The notes under the pieces were generated by a model. The model was not told the origin of the DNA and ran no database searches. It worked only from the letters and a program-made list of their open reading frames with translations. Below, one piece after another: positions 1 through 9,360 of a stretch of 64,000 nucleotides of DNA. Position numbers and translations under genes: made by a program. Source of the stretch: Longimicrobiales bacterium (GTDB lineage Bacteria > Gemmatimonadota > Gemmatimonadetes > Longimicrobiales > Gaopeijiaceae); contig CBDFIQ010000002.1 in the NCBI GenBank assembly GCA_965248195.1, positions 928,001 through 992,000 of the forward strand. The letters run 5' to 3'. Numbering within the stretch: position 1 is the first letter of the stretch; every line of letters begins with the position of its first letter.

Positions 1-248
1 CCAGTCGGGGGCGGTCTTCCGCCTCGCTAGCGATGCTCGTCCACGGTTGTATCCCCCAGGTTTGTCCGTTGGAATCGCCCGGCACAAGCAGGGCCGTGAA
101 GACCAGAATGCCATGGAGAAGTCTCTTCAACGCAGTTTTCCGTCTCGAACATGCCGATGGGTTGTGGGGAAAGCCGGTAGCGAACACGGGACACCAACGA
201 TAGGATAGCTCCATACGGTGGGCCTCCAAAACGCCCGCCGCTCGAATC

Positions 249-887
249 ATGAACTCACCAGGAGCTCCGCACCTCATGCTGCTCAACCGCTGGCTGCCGA
301 CGCTGTTGTTGCTGACTGTTCCCTTGCCATGCCGGGGACAGGAAAGCGTTTCCGCCATTGACCTGATCCTCATGCCGGGTGATGTCATCGAGGTCGCTAT
401 CTGGCGTGAAGAAGACTTGAGCGGTGAGTTTCTGGTCGATCCCGACGGGTACGTGACTCTGCCACTGCTAGGCCAGAGCCCCGTGACCGGTTTGAGCTGG
501 CACAATGTCAGGGACCGGCTGCTGGAGGCCTACCGGGAGGAACTCAGGAACCCTTCGATCGAACTCACACCTTTGCGGAGGATCTACGTCCTGGGTGAAG
601 TGAACGAGCCCGGACTCTATCCCGTGGACCCCACCGTGAGTCTCGCGGGGGCCGTAGCCATGGCCGGTGGAGCGAGTCCCGAGGGCGATGTCCGGAACTT
701 GAGGCTGGTAAGGGGGGGGGCTCTCGTGGTGGATGGGATTCCCAGCGAGCAGGCCCTGGCCAGCCTGGACGTTCGCTCGGGCGACGAGATCTTCGTGGGA
801 CGTCGGAACTGGTTCTCTCGAAACAGCACGTTCGTCATCAGCGCCCTGCTCTCCCTCTCCACGATCGTCATCACGCTCTCCCGCTAG
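249..887 (+). CDS. Polysaccharide biosynthesis/export protein (Wza-like, Poly_export + SLBB)
   Basis: Signal-peptide-like N-terminus; PGDVIEV...DGYVTLPLLG Poly_export motif; VLGEVNEPG..AVAMAGG SLBB motif; C-terminal hydrophobic helix. Confidence 0.85.
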   Translation: MNSPGAPHLMLLNRWLPTLLLLTVPLPCRGQESVSAIDLILMPGDVIEVAIWREEDLSGEFLVDPDGYVTLPLLGQSPVTGLSWHNVRDRLLEAYREELRNPSIELTPLRRIYVLGEVNEPGLYPVDPTVSLAGAVAMAGGASPEGDVRNLRLVRGGALVVDGIPSEQALASLDVRSGDEIFVGRRNWFSRNSTFVISALLSLSTIVITLSR

Positions 888-907
888 GAGTCCCTCGATC
901 TCGGCGA

Positions 908-2581
908 TCAGTGTGGGAGCCCCCTGATACCCAGCGTTACTCGCAGGTTGAAGACGTCGTTTCCCTTCTCGAGGTTGCGGCTCAGGTTGATGGCTGGTGT
1001 GATGCCAGCCGTGATCTCGAGTCCTTGTGTGAAGCGGAGGGTCTCTAGACTCAGGCTGTAGATCACGTCGGCCACCGGCCGTTCCGCGGAGGATTGGTTG
1101 TCTCCGGGCAACCAGTCCCCCCGGAGGGTGCGGGAGAGGTCCACCGTCCACCGTCCCCCGGGGTGGTAGAGATCCACGCCCACGGTCCAGCCGGCTCCGC
1201 CGTAGGCCGTGGGCGAGCCGAGTATTTGGCCGTGCTGTGTGTGCCCCTGCCTGACGCCGTCGTGCCAGTACGAGGGCCAGGGTTGGGGCTCCATTTGACC
1301 CTCCCGGAACCGATTCCCCCGCTCGCTATGGTGCACCTCTGCGCTGACGACCTCCGCCCTCAGCGCGAATAGCCGTTGCTCGGAGGGGCTCCAAACCTTC
1401 TGAAGGCCGAAGACTCTCGCCATGAGGTCGTCCGGGCGGACCAGGTAGTCCCGAATATCCCTGCCGGAATCGTTTCGGGTTATCTCAGCATAGATCTCGA
1501 CGCCTCCTGCTGGGACGGTCCATCGCAGAAATGCGGTGGCCAGCTGGTTCTCGAACTGCAGGTTGATCGGATCGGAACTGCCAAGGGAGACGGGTGAGGT
1601 AAAGGGTCGCAAGACGTCGTCCAGGCCAACACCACCGTCCGGCCATACGGACTCGGCGAACCGACCGAGCCCCAGCTCGAGACCCTCGAGACCACGGGGC
1701 AGAAGAACGACGACGGCACCCGAAGCGAAGCGTCTCAGCTCACCCTGGGTCACGGGAGAGAAGTCCGATTGCGTCAGGCGACCGGCTATGAGGCGGCCGT
1801 GGAGTCTTCCGATCCCGACATTCAGTGGCCCCGACGTCTGGACGAGGAGATGCGGGAACCCCCCGGCATTGTTTCCCAGGAGAAGTGGATAGTGGATGGC
1901 CGGCCCCCAGACCTGACCAGCCGTCGACACGCCGAGGGTGATTCCGGGCAGTGCCAAGTGCACCGCGGAGGATCCCAGATCCAGCCGGCCGTACCTCCTT
2001 TTACCGAACCGTTGAGGATAGTCAATTTTTCTCGGGAAGCGCGAATCCTGAACGACTCCGCTTCCGGAAAGCCCATTGGGCGCCAGGTCGAAGGCACTGT
2101 TTTGACTGATGAACGCCTCGGGCGCGAATCGCACGTGCAGTGGTCCGAACCGGAGGTACGCTCCGCCGCCCATGACTACGGTGAACCCCTTGCCGGCCCA
2201 TACCACGCCGTCGTCTTCTCCAAAGGGAACCGAGGAGTTGAAGAGGGCCCCTGCTTTTCCAGGCAGCGATCCCCACTCCCATGTCTTGGCCACCTGCGGC
2301 GTCAGGTCGTAGCGATTCTTCCAGGGGTGCAGTGTGTCCGCGGGCAGAGTCCGCGAGAGCTCCCCCGGGGTCAGACCCCGGAGGGTCCACGGATAGTCGG
2401 GAGCCATTCCGGATACTTGGAGAACCCTCAGGAAGCGCGCCTCTTCCGAACCTACGGGGAGGCCACCTCGGACATCCCAGCGCAGCTCTTGCGCCCAGGC
2501 TCCCTGCGTTCCGAAAACCAGAAGGAGGGGGAGGAGTGCCAGGAATGCTCGGGTGCGACTCAATTGTATTCCGTCGGACAA
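908..2581 (-). CDS. wzi: Capsule assembly Wzi family outer-membrane protein
   Basis: 557 aa with signal peptide; WGP..YPLLLGNNAGGFPH and ENQLA motifs; beta-strand-like C-terminus; capsule locus context. Confidence 0.75.
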   Translation of the reverse strand: MSDGIQLSRTRAFLALLPLLLVFGTQGAWAQELRWDVRGGLPVGSEEARFLRVLQVSGMAPDYPWTLRGLTPGELSRTLPADTLHPWKNRYDLTPQVAKTWEWGSLPGKAGALFNSSVPFGEDDGVVWAGKGFTVVMGGGAYLRFGPLHVRFAPEAFISQNSAFDLAPNGLSGSGVVQDSRFPRKIDYPQRFGKRRYGRLDLGSSAVHLALPGITLGVSTAGQVWGPAIHYPLLLGNNAGGFPHLLVQTSGPLNVGIGRLHGRLIAGRLTQSDFSPVTQGELRRFASGAVVVLLPRGLEGLELGLGRFAESVWPDGGVGLDDVLRPFTSPVSLGSSDPINLQFENQLATAFLRWTVPAGGVEIYAEITRNDSGRDIRDYLVRPDDLMARVFGLQKVWSPSEQRLFALRAEVVSAEVHHSERGNRFREGQMEPQPWPSYWHDGVRQGHTQHGQILGSPTAYGGAGWTVGVDLYHPGGRWTVDLSRTLRGDWLPGDNQSSAERPVADVIYSLSLETLRFTQGLEITAGITPAINLSRNLEKGNDVFNLRVTLGIRGLPH

Positions 2582-2743
2582 GGTTCACCAGCGCTCGATG
2601 TTATGAGAATCACTGCAGTAACGACAGGGTTGTCAGTGTTAGTCCTTCATTCTATCATCTCGTGGCCACTTCATCCCAGGCCCTAATCGGCTCGGTTTTT
2701 CGCCCTCCCAGTGGACCAGTTTCGGGGGGGCGGAGCACAAACC

Positions 2744-3472
2744 ATGCAAGATAAAATGAGAAAAAGCCTAATCGTTCATATCGGATTTGCTAAAACGAGT
2801 ACCACAACTCTCCAAAAAATGATATTTCCTAAAGTGTGTGAAACAACAGGTTACAAATATTTTAGAGAAGATTCATGGGTAGAAAGAGAAGTAAGTCTTC
2901 ACTTGAGTAGACTTTATACAGGGAGAGATTCTAGAAAACTAAATATTCCAAGGGGGACTATTGTTAGCGCAGAAGAATTAGCCAATTCAAGGCCCTATAA
3001 ATGGGAAGAATTCTTACTGAAAAATCTTAAAGCATTCGGTTCTGACGCTCATATCCTCCTTACCATTCGCAATCCCATCTCGTGGTTTACATCATTATAT
3101 CTCGGGAAATGCGTGCACCAACCACGGTGTATGAAGCCAGAAGATTTCTTTTCAGGCAACCCATCAGATTCGTATTTAGCAGATATGCCATATGACTTTC
3201 GTGAATTTTCTTACAATAAAATAATTTGTCTCTATAAAGAGGCATTCAAAACGGTGACTGTGGTCAAATATGAAGATTTGAATAAATTGCTTTTTCTGGA
3301 TTCGATGTTTGATCTAGATGACATAGAAAAAGAGTCCTTGAAAAAGTCGTATGAGAATATGAAGCTAAATAGGAGTTTTAGTGTAAATGCAGCAAAAGCA
3401 ACGTTTGTGGTTCATAAATTATTGAACTCATTCTCTTTCATTCTTAGAATAAATTATTTAGCAGTATTCTAG
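2744..3472 (+). CDS. Sulfotransferase-like P-loop protein (AT-rich), possibly frameshifted from the next ORF
   Basis: HIGFAKTSTTTLQ (5'-PSB-like), IRNPISWFTSLY (3'-PB-like), VKYEDL; ATG at 2744 after GGAG. Confidence 0.65.
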   Translation: MQDKMRKSLIVHIGFAKTSTTTLQKMIFPKVCETTGYKYFREDSWVEREVSLHLSRLYTGRDSRKLNIPRGTIVSAEELANSRPYKWEEFLLKNLKAFGSDAHILLTIRNPISWFTSLYLGKCVHQPRCMKPEDFFSGNPSDSYLADMPYDFREFSYNKIICLYKEAFKTVTVVKYEDLNKLLFLDSMFDLDDIEKESLKKSYENMKLNRSFSVNAAKATFVVHKLLNSFSFILRINYLAVF

Positions 3473-3480
3473 GAAGCATT

Positions 3481-3771
3481 ATGATAAGAAAGAAACGAAC
3501 TATCATTCAAAGACGACTAAAACGACTAAATCTTCCACTGGATTATGAATCGTCTACTGATATCCCTACTGAAAATTATGAAAAAGCCGTAGTATATGTG
3601 ATGAAGAAGTTTTGGAATCCATTTGTCTTTCGCGTATTAGATAAAATGATGCCTTATAAAAAATTTGAATTAGATGTCAAGCAATTGCCAATAGGATGTG
3701 TTGATCTTGAAAGTGAATATGATGAATTACCATCTATCATGACCTATTCCAACCCGGCAGCTACCACCTAG
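3481..3771 (+). CDS. Hypothetical protein; possible C-terminal part of the upstream sulfotransferase-like gene
   Basis: 96-aa AT-rich ORF; its frame is open from 3448 and overlaps the end of the upstream ORF. Confidence 0.4.
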   Translation: MIRKKRTIIQRRLKRLNLPLDYESSTDIPTENYEKAVVYVMKKFWNPFVFRVLDKMMPYKKFELDVKQLPIGCVDLESEYDELPSIMTYSNPAATT

Positions 3772-3820
3772 CCAAACTAGGCGGGCCGGGAAACGTACTC
3801 CGCCTGCTGGCCCCAAGCGC

Positions 3821-3849
3821 TTGACGCACTTGATTTTACGGCTCATTAT
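3821..3849 (+). promoter_or_regulatory. Candidate sigma70 promoter upstream of the wzz/neu operon
   Basis: TTGACG-17 bp-CATTAT. Confidence 0.3.
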
Positions 3850-3980
3850 TCGGCCCTCACGGACCTCACCGAAAACCTCAATTATGCGCGATCTCACTGT
3901 TCTTATGATGCGCGAACGTGGAATATCCATCACCTGCGAGGGAGAAGAGCGCCTCACAGGCTTCGGAGGAGGGTGAGCCG

Positions 3981-5090
3981 ATGCTCGATCCTTCGGTGCC
4001 CGCGGCCTCTGCCGGCAAGTCGGCGGACGGTGAGGTGAACCCCCTCGCTCTACTCAACGTGCTTCTGCGCCGCTGGCGCATCCTCGTCGTGCTGCCGTTT
4101 GTCGCGGCGGTCATCGCCGCCGTATACTCTTTGAGGGTAACCCCGATGTATACGGCCACTACGCGCTTCATACCGGAGTCGGGCTCGCAGGGTAGCGGGC
4201 TTTCCGGACTGGCCGGAATGGCGGCGCAGCTGGGGATCTCCCTCGGCGGCGGCGCGCCCGGGAACCAGTCCCCTGAGTTCTACGCGGAAATTCTGACGAG
4301 CCGTCAGATCGTACAGCGAGTACTGCTCTCAACATACCAGGACCCTCGAGAGGGTAAGAGCCTGGGGGACAAGGCGACGCTGCTGGACATATTCGAGATC
4401 GAAGCGCTCGACTCCGCGACGCTGTTCGAAAGAGGAATGGAAGAGGGAAGTGATATGGCGAGTGCCCGCGTGGACAACCGAACCAACATCGTCGAGCTGA
4501 CGGTCGACGCCGTGGACCCCGTCCTCGTAGCAGCCGTGGCCAACCGATTCATCGAATCCCTCGAGGAGTTCAACGCCAGTACTCGGCAGTCGCGAGCCCG
4601 AGAGCGGCGACGCTTCGTCGAGGAGCGCATGGCAGAGGCCGAAACGGAACTGCGTCGACGCGAGGAGGTGATGAAGACGTTTCTCGAGGGCAATCGCACG
4701 TGGCAGCAGTCCCCCAATCTGTTATTCGAGGAGGGGCGGCTCCGCAGCGAGATCCAGATTCAGCGGGAGGTCTTCCTGACCCTCAGGCGCGAGTATGAGG
4801 CCGCCCGAATCGAAGAGGTCGATGAAACTCCGGTTTTCACCGTCATCGAGCCTGCTGTCCCGCCCTTGCTACGGTCCCGGCCAGCCCGTACCCGGTTGGT
4901 GCTCTTGGTCACCGCCCTGTTCGGCATGTTGAGCGTTCTGCTTGCATACGCAGCGGAGTACATCGGCCGTCTCCGGAAGGAGGGCGAAGCTGAGTATGTC
5001 GAGTTGGAGGGTCTCCTCAGGCAGATGTGGGAGAGGGGCCGCAGGGTGTTGGGAAAGGGCACTCGTGCGGCGCCGGGGGGCACTGGTTGA
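3981..5090 (+). CDS. Wzz/Wzc-type chain-length determinant (GNVR-like, no kinase domain)
   Basis: Two TM helices flanking a coiled-coil region; PMYTATTRF and VIEPAVPP..RSRP motifs; ATG 3981 after GGAGG (ORF track starts 3918). Confidence 0.85.
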   Translation: MLDPSVPAASAGKSADGEVNPLALLNVLLRRWRILVVLPFVAAVIAAVYSLRVTPMYTATTRFIPESGSQGSGLSGLAGMAAQLGISLGGGAPGNQSPEFYAEILTSRQIVQRVLLSTYQDPREGKSLGDKATLLDIFEIEALDSATLFERGMEEGSDMASARVDNRTNIVELTVDAVDPVLVAAVANRFIESLEEFNASTRQSRARERRRFVEERMAEAETELRRREEVMKTFLEGNRTWQQSPNLLFEEGRLRSEIQIQREVFLTLRREYEAARIEEVDETPVFTVIEPAVPPLLRSRPARTRLVLLVTALFGMLSVLLAYAAEYIGRLRKEGEAEYVELEGLLRQMWERGRRVLGKGTRAAPGGTG

Positions 5091-5132
5091 GGGTGGACCG
5101 GGAGCGCGCTCCGCACCTCCGTCGTTGATTCA

Positions 5133-5412
5133 TTGAGTACGCATCGGGTCCTCGTCTGTGGCGGTGGGTCCGACCCGGTGGCTGGCTACGTGGTGGGCGG
5201 AGGACAACCTCCGCGTGAACTGCGTCTCGCCAGGCGGCGTGTACAACGGCCAGGATCCGAGATTCGTCGAGGAATACAGCCGCCGAACACCCGTCGGTCG
5301 TATGGCCGATAGACACGAGCTGTCGGGTATCATCTTCTACCTTCTCAGCGATGCGTCCAGCTATTGCACGGGGCAGAACTTCATCGTTGACGGAGGTTTC
5401 ACTGCTTGGTGA
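5133..5412 (+). pseudogene. Truncated SDR oxidoreductase C-terminus (PtmA-like), preceded by a short Rossmann-like gene start
   Basis: LRVNCVSPGG...SSYCTGQNFIVDGGFTAW with no N-terminal domain; upstream TTG-STHRVLVCGGGS in another frame. Confidence 0.7.
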
Positions 5413-5431
5413 CGATACGGAGAGAGCGCTA

Positions 5432-6475
5432 GTGTCAGATTTCACGGTGGGCGACAGGGCCATCGGCCGCGATCATCCGCCGCTCGTTGTCGCCGAGGTC
5501 GGAATCAACCACGAAGGTGATGTTGAAAAGGCATTACGAATGGTGGATGCGGCGTCGGATGCGGGCGCCGAGGTACTCAAGTTCCAATGCCACATCACTG
5601 AGAAAGAGATGGTCCCCACCGATATGACGCCCGGCGAAATCTCGACCGAGAAACTCTGGGACATCATCAAACGCTGTGAATTGACCCACGATGAGGAACG
5701 CCGTGTTCAGGCGCATTGTCATGAGAAAGGGATCATTTACTTCTCCACACCTTTCAGCCGTGAGGCGGCCGATCGACTGGATGGGATGGGAGTGCCCGCT
5801 TTCAAGATCGGCTCGGGTGAGTGCAACAACATCCCGCTCCTGGAGCATATCGCCGCCAAAGGGAAGCCGATGATCCTCTCGACGGGTATGAACGACCTCG
5901 ATTCCGTCCGCCGTTCCGTCGCAGTGATTCAGCGGCATGACGTACCGCTGGCGATCACGCATTGCACCAGCATGTATCCGACCCCGTACGAGAACGTGCG
6001 ACTGGGCGCCGTCACTGAACTCCAAGCGACGTTCCCCGACGTTCCCGTGGGATTGTCCGACCACTCACTCAACATCTGGACGTGCCTGGGTGCGGTGGCG
6101 CTAGGCGCGTCGATCCTCGAAAAGCACTTCACCCTCTCGCGCTCATGGCCGGGACCCGACATCGGCATCTCCATCGAGCCGCACGAACTCAAAGAACTGA
6201 TTGAAGGATCCCGGGCCGTGTGGCAGGCGCGGGGCGGGGCAAAGACGATACTTTCTGAGGAGCAGCCGGTCATTGATTTTGCGTACGCCACGGTCGTGAC
6301 CATTGCTCCGGTCAAGACGGGGGACACGTTTTCCGCCGAGAACATTTGGGTCAAGCGGCCCGGCCTGGGACCGATTCACGCCACGCGCTTGGACGACGTG
6401 ATCGGCAAGGTTGCCGGTCGAGACGTCGCAGCAGACGTGCATGTAACGCTTGAGGACATCGTTGACTTCGAATGA
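5432..6475 (+). CDS. neuB: N-acetylneuraminate/nonulosonate synthase family protein with SAF domain
   Basis: AEVGINHEG, KFQ, FKIGSGE, ILSTGM, HCTSMYP, GLSDHS, EKHFT, VKRPG; GTG start 5432. Confidence 0.95.
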   Translation: MSDFTVGDRAIGRDHPPLVVAEVGINHEGDVEKALRMVDAASDAGAEVLKFQCHITEKEMVPTDMTPGEISTEKLWDIIKRCELTHDEERRVQAHCHEKGIIYFSTPFSREAADRLDGMGVPAFKIGSGECNNIPLLEHIAAKGKPMILSTGMNDLDSVRRSVAVIQRHDVPLAITHCTSMYPTPYENVRLGAVTELQATFPDVPVGLSDHSLNIWTCLGAVALGASILEKHFTLSRSWPGPDIGISIEPHELKELIEGSRAVWQARGGAKTILSEEQPVIDFAYATVVTIAPVKTGDTFSAENIWVKRPGLGPIHATRLDDVIGKVAGRDVAADVHVTLEDIVDFE

Positions 6476-7293
6476 GGATCGTCGTTACCGGCGCCTCGGG
6501 CTTCCTCGGAAGGGCCTTGGTCCGTGAACTCCAGCGTCGAGGTATCGAGACGATCGCCACCACCAGGCATCCCTCCGAACCGCTCCCTGTCGGCACTTCA
6601 GTGGTCCAGAGCTACGATGATTCGCCACTCGGAGACGTGCTCGTGCATCTCGCGGAGGGCCGGGCGGTGAATGTCGTCGACGACGCGGCCGTGCAGCAGC
6701 TGACACGGCGGTGCGGCCGGCTGCTCGGCAAGGGCTACGCCCGCCCCGTGTATGCGTCCTCGGCGCTGGTTTACGGAGACCGTGAGACTCACCCTCGCCG
6801 GCCGGAGGAACGGCCGGCTCCGGAATCGCCCTACGCTCGAGCCAAGCTGGCCTGCGAGGAGATGGTCACTGAGCGGCGCGGCCTCGTTGCACGCCTCGCC
6901 AACGTGTACGGCCCGGGGATGGCCCGCGACAACGTCGTGTCGGATGTCCTCGAACAAATCCCCGGCGACGGCCCGTTGACGGTCCGGGACCCTTCGCCGA
7001 TCCGAGATTTCCTGTGGATCGAGGATGCCGCGAGAGGACTCGCCGATATGGCAGTGGGTACGGGCCTCGGCATCTTCAATCTGGGTTCAGGGACGGGCGT
7101 GTCCGTGGGAGACCTGGCCCGACTGGCCCTGGATCTCGCCGGACAGAGCGATCGGCCCGTAATGGCGAGCCAACCGTCGCAGAAACCGTCGAGCCTCAGT
7201 TTGGACATTTCGTCTACGGCTTCGACGTTCGGGTGGGCACCGCAGGTGCCGCTCTCCCGCGGCCTAGCCCAGCTACAGGAATCCCGGCCGTGA
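6472..7293 (+). CDS. NAD-dependent epimerase/dehydratase
   Basis: VTGASGFLG, YARAK, RLANVYGP, RDFLWIED. Confidence 0.9.
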   Translation: MRIVVTGASGFLGRALVRELQRRGIETIATTRHPSEPLPVGTSVVQSYDDSPLGDVLVHLAEGRAVNVVDDAAVQQLTRRCGRLLGKGYARPVYASSALVYGDRETHPRRPEERPAPESPYARAKLACEEMVTERRGLVARLANVYGPGMARDNVVSDVLEQIPGDGPLTVRDPSPIRDFLWIEDAARGLADMAVGTGLGIFNLGSGTGVSVGDLARLALDLAGQSDRPVMASQPSQKPSSLSLDISSTASTFGWAPQVPLSRGLAQLQESRP

Positions 7294-8510
7294 CCAACCG
7301 GGTCATCGCGGTCTTCACCGGCAACCGAGCGGAATACGGGCTGCAATATCCCATTCTGAAGGCCATCGACGCCCATCCCGACCTCGAGTACCGCCTCATC
7401 GTGTCCGGTGCACACCTCGACGATCAATTCGGACGCACCCTCAGCGAGATTCAGGACGACGGCTTCTCGATCGCGGCGGAAGTCGAGATCAACCTGGAAG
7501 CCGACACGCTGTACGCGACGGCGCAGGCGATCGGGTCGGGAATCCTCTCGATGAGCCACGCGCTAGATCGCATCCGACCGGACATGCTCGTCGTTTACGC
7601 CGACCGGTTCGAGGGTTTCGCGGCGCTCATTTCCGGCACACAGATGAACGTTCCCACCGCTCACGTCGAGGGAGGCGACCTCACCGAGGGTGGGGCCTTG
7701 GACGATTCCGTGCGCCACGCCATGACCAAGCTGGCCCATCTTCACTTCACCACCAACCCGCAGGCTACCAACCGCCTTTTGGCAATGGGAGAAGAGGCGT
7801 GGCGGACCCACACCGTTGGCTTCCCCGCGATCGATCTCGTGATGGAGGGATGCTACGCAGCGCGTGAGGACGTGGTGGCTCGCTATGGGCTCGATCTCAG
7901 TCGACCGGTCGTGGTTTTTACGCAACACTCAGTGACGACACAGTTCGATCAGGCGGGCGAACAAGTCAAGCCGTCCCTGGAAGCCATGGCGCAGCTGGCA
8001 GGCGAGGACGTGCAGGTCATCATTACGTATCCCAACAACGATGCCGGCGGCCGCCGTATCATCGAGCAGATCCGTAAGTTCGAGAACGGTGGAATGCCGA
8101 ACGTTCAAATCCATCGCTCGCTAGGGCGCTACAACTACCATGGTCTCCTCGCGCTTGCCTGGGATTCGAGTGTCCAAGTTGTGTGCGTCGGTAATTCGTC
8201 ATCGGGGATCAAAGAAACCCCCGCCTTCGGCTGCCCGACACTCAACATCGGATCTCGACAAGACGGTCGCTTGCGAGCCGCGAACGTGCTCGATGTCGGG
8301 TACGATTCCGAGCACATCTACGCGGCGGTCAAACGCTCTTTTGAGGACGGTGCGTTCCTGGAGATCTGCCGGACCTGCGACAACCCCTACGGGGTCGGTG
8401 ACGCGGGAAGGAAGATTGCTCAGGTCCTCGCCACGGTGAAGCTGGACCAGCAGCTACTGCGAAAACGGATGACGTTGCGGGGGGAAGTCCAGGACGGATG
8501 GTACCGATGA
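7290..8510 (+). CDS. neuC: Hydrolysing NDP-N-acetylglucosamine 2-epimerase (NeuC/LegG family)
   Basis: TGNRAEYG, DRFE, HVEGG, DDSVRHAMTKLAHLHF, GNSSSG, NIGSRQ; GTG overlaps the upstream TGA. Confidence 0.93.
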   Translation: MTNRVIAVFTGNRAEYGLQYPILKAIDAHPDLEYRLIVSGAHLDDQFGRTLSEIQDDGFSIAAEVEINLEADTLYATAQAIGSGILSMSHALDRIRPDMLVVYADRFEGFAALISGTQMNVPTAHVEGGDLTEGGALDDSVRHAMTKLAHLHFTTNPQATNRLLAMGEEAWRTHTVGFPAIDLVMEGCYAAREDVVARYGLDLSRPVVVFTQHSVTTQFDQAGEQVKPSLEAMAQLAGEDVQVIITYPNNDAGGRRIIEQIRKFENGGMPNVQIHRSLGRYNYHGLLALAWDSSVQVVCVGNSSSGIKETPAFGCPTLNIGSRQDGRLRAANVLDVGYDSEHIYAAVKRSFEDGAFLEICRTCDNPYGVGDAGRKIAQVLATVKLDQQLLRKRMTLRGEVQDGWYR

Positions 8511-8569
8511 CCTTGTCGGCACTCACCTCCAGGACCAACCTGCGCGACGCTGTACGTGTCATCGAAGAA
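8507..8569 (+). repeat. Direct repeat copy 1: first 21 codons of the nucleotidyltransferase gene (copy 2 at 10542-10604)
   Basis: 59/63 nt identical by manual alignment. Confidence 0.9.
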
Positions 8570-8640
8570 GACCATCTACATGACGAGGACGCCCTCGAGT
8601 CCTATATTGCGAAAGCTTGGGCCCGGCAAATGGTGTCCGC

Positions 8641-9309
8641 ATGAGCCATCAGGATTTTGAGCTTTACGCGAAGGAAAAGCCGTTCGGCCCCCAAATGCCA
8701 CCAACCTGGGCGAAAGCCTTTCGGGAAGTCGTTGACGAGCTTGGCCAGCCAGAAGCTGAACTGTGCATCCTTGACGTAGGATGTGGCGACGGGCGAATTT
8801 ATCCTTTTCTGCTAGGGGAGGGGATTTGCTCGGACAATATCCATGGGGTCGAGGTGTCGCACCGGCGTATCGACCGTTGCCGTGCGCTTGGTTGGGCGAC
8901 CGCGCAATACGTGCCAAACGGTGAAAAGCTGCCGTACGATGATGGCCAGTTTCAGATAATTAATTTCATGGAAGTTGTCGAACACATTCCAGGAAAAAAC
9001 ATAGAGGGCGTACTTGCCGAGTTACATCGTGTCCTGGCAGACGACGGGGTTTTGTTGATCACCACTCCCAATTATCCGATTAAGCGTTTTTATGACATTT
9101 ATGACGCCGTGATCCAGGGTATGAGGGAAAGGCTGAAGGACGACCCTACACACGTAATGTTTTACAGCCATGCGCGCCTTCGAAAACGGATGCAGAAGTG
9201 GTTTGAAACGATCCGCCCGCGCCCCTTCAAGAACGGGTTTCTGTACAAATACATCCGCCTTCCGTTTGTACAGCACAAGATATTCTATCTTTGCAGCGGC
9301 AGAAAATAG
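8641..9309 (+). CDS. Class I SAM-dependent methyltransferase
   Basis: ILDVGCGDG, EVVEHI, LLITTPN, DPTH. Confidence 0.9.
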   Translation: MSHQDFELYAKEKPFGPQMPPTWAKAFREVVDELGQPEAELCILDVGCGDGRIYPFLLGEGICSDNIHGVEVSHRRIDRCRALGWATAQYVPNGEKLPYDDGQFQIINFMEVVEHIPGKNIEGVLAELHRVLADDGVLLITTPNYPIKRFYDIYDAVIQGMRERLKDDPTHVMFYSHARLRKRMQKWFETIRPRPFKNGFLYKYIRLPFVQHKIFYLCSGRK

Positions 9310-9360
9310 GTGGGCAGAGGAAAGGAAAAGTCACGTTTGGCACGCTTAGGGTGACGTGGG

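Noticed and set aside
170..186. GCCGGTAGCG upstream of the wza-like gene as an ops/JUMPstart site
   Set aside because: Only a partial match to GGCGGTAGnnTG and not repeated before other operons
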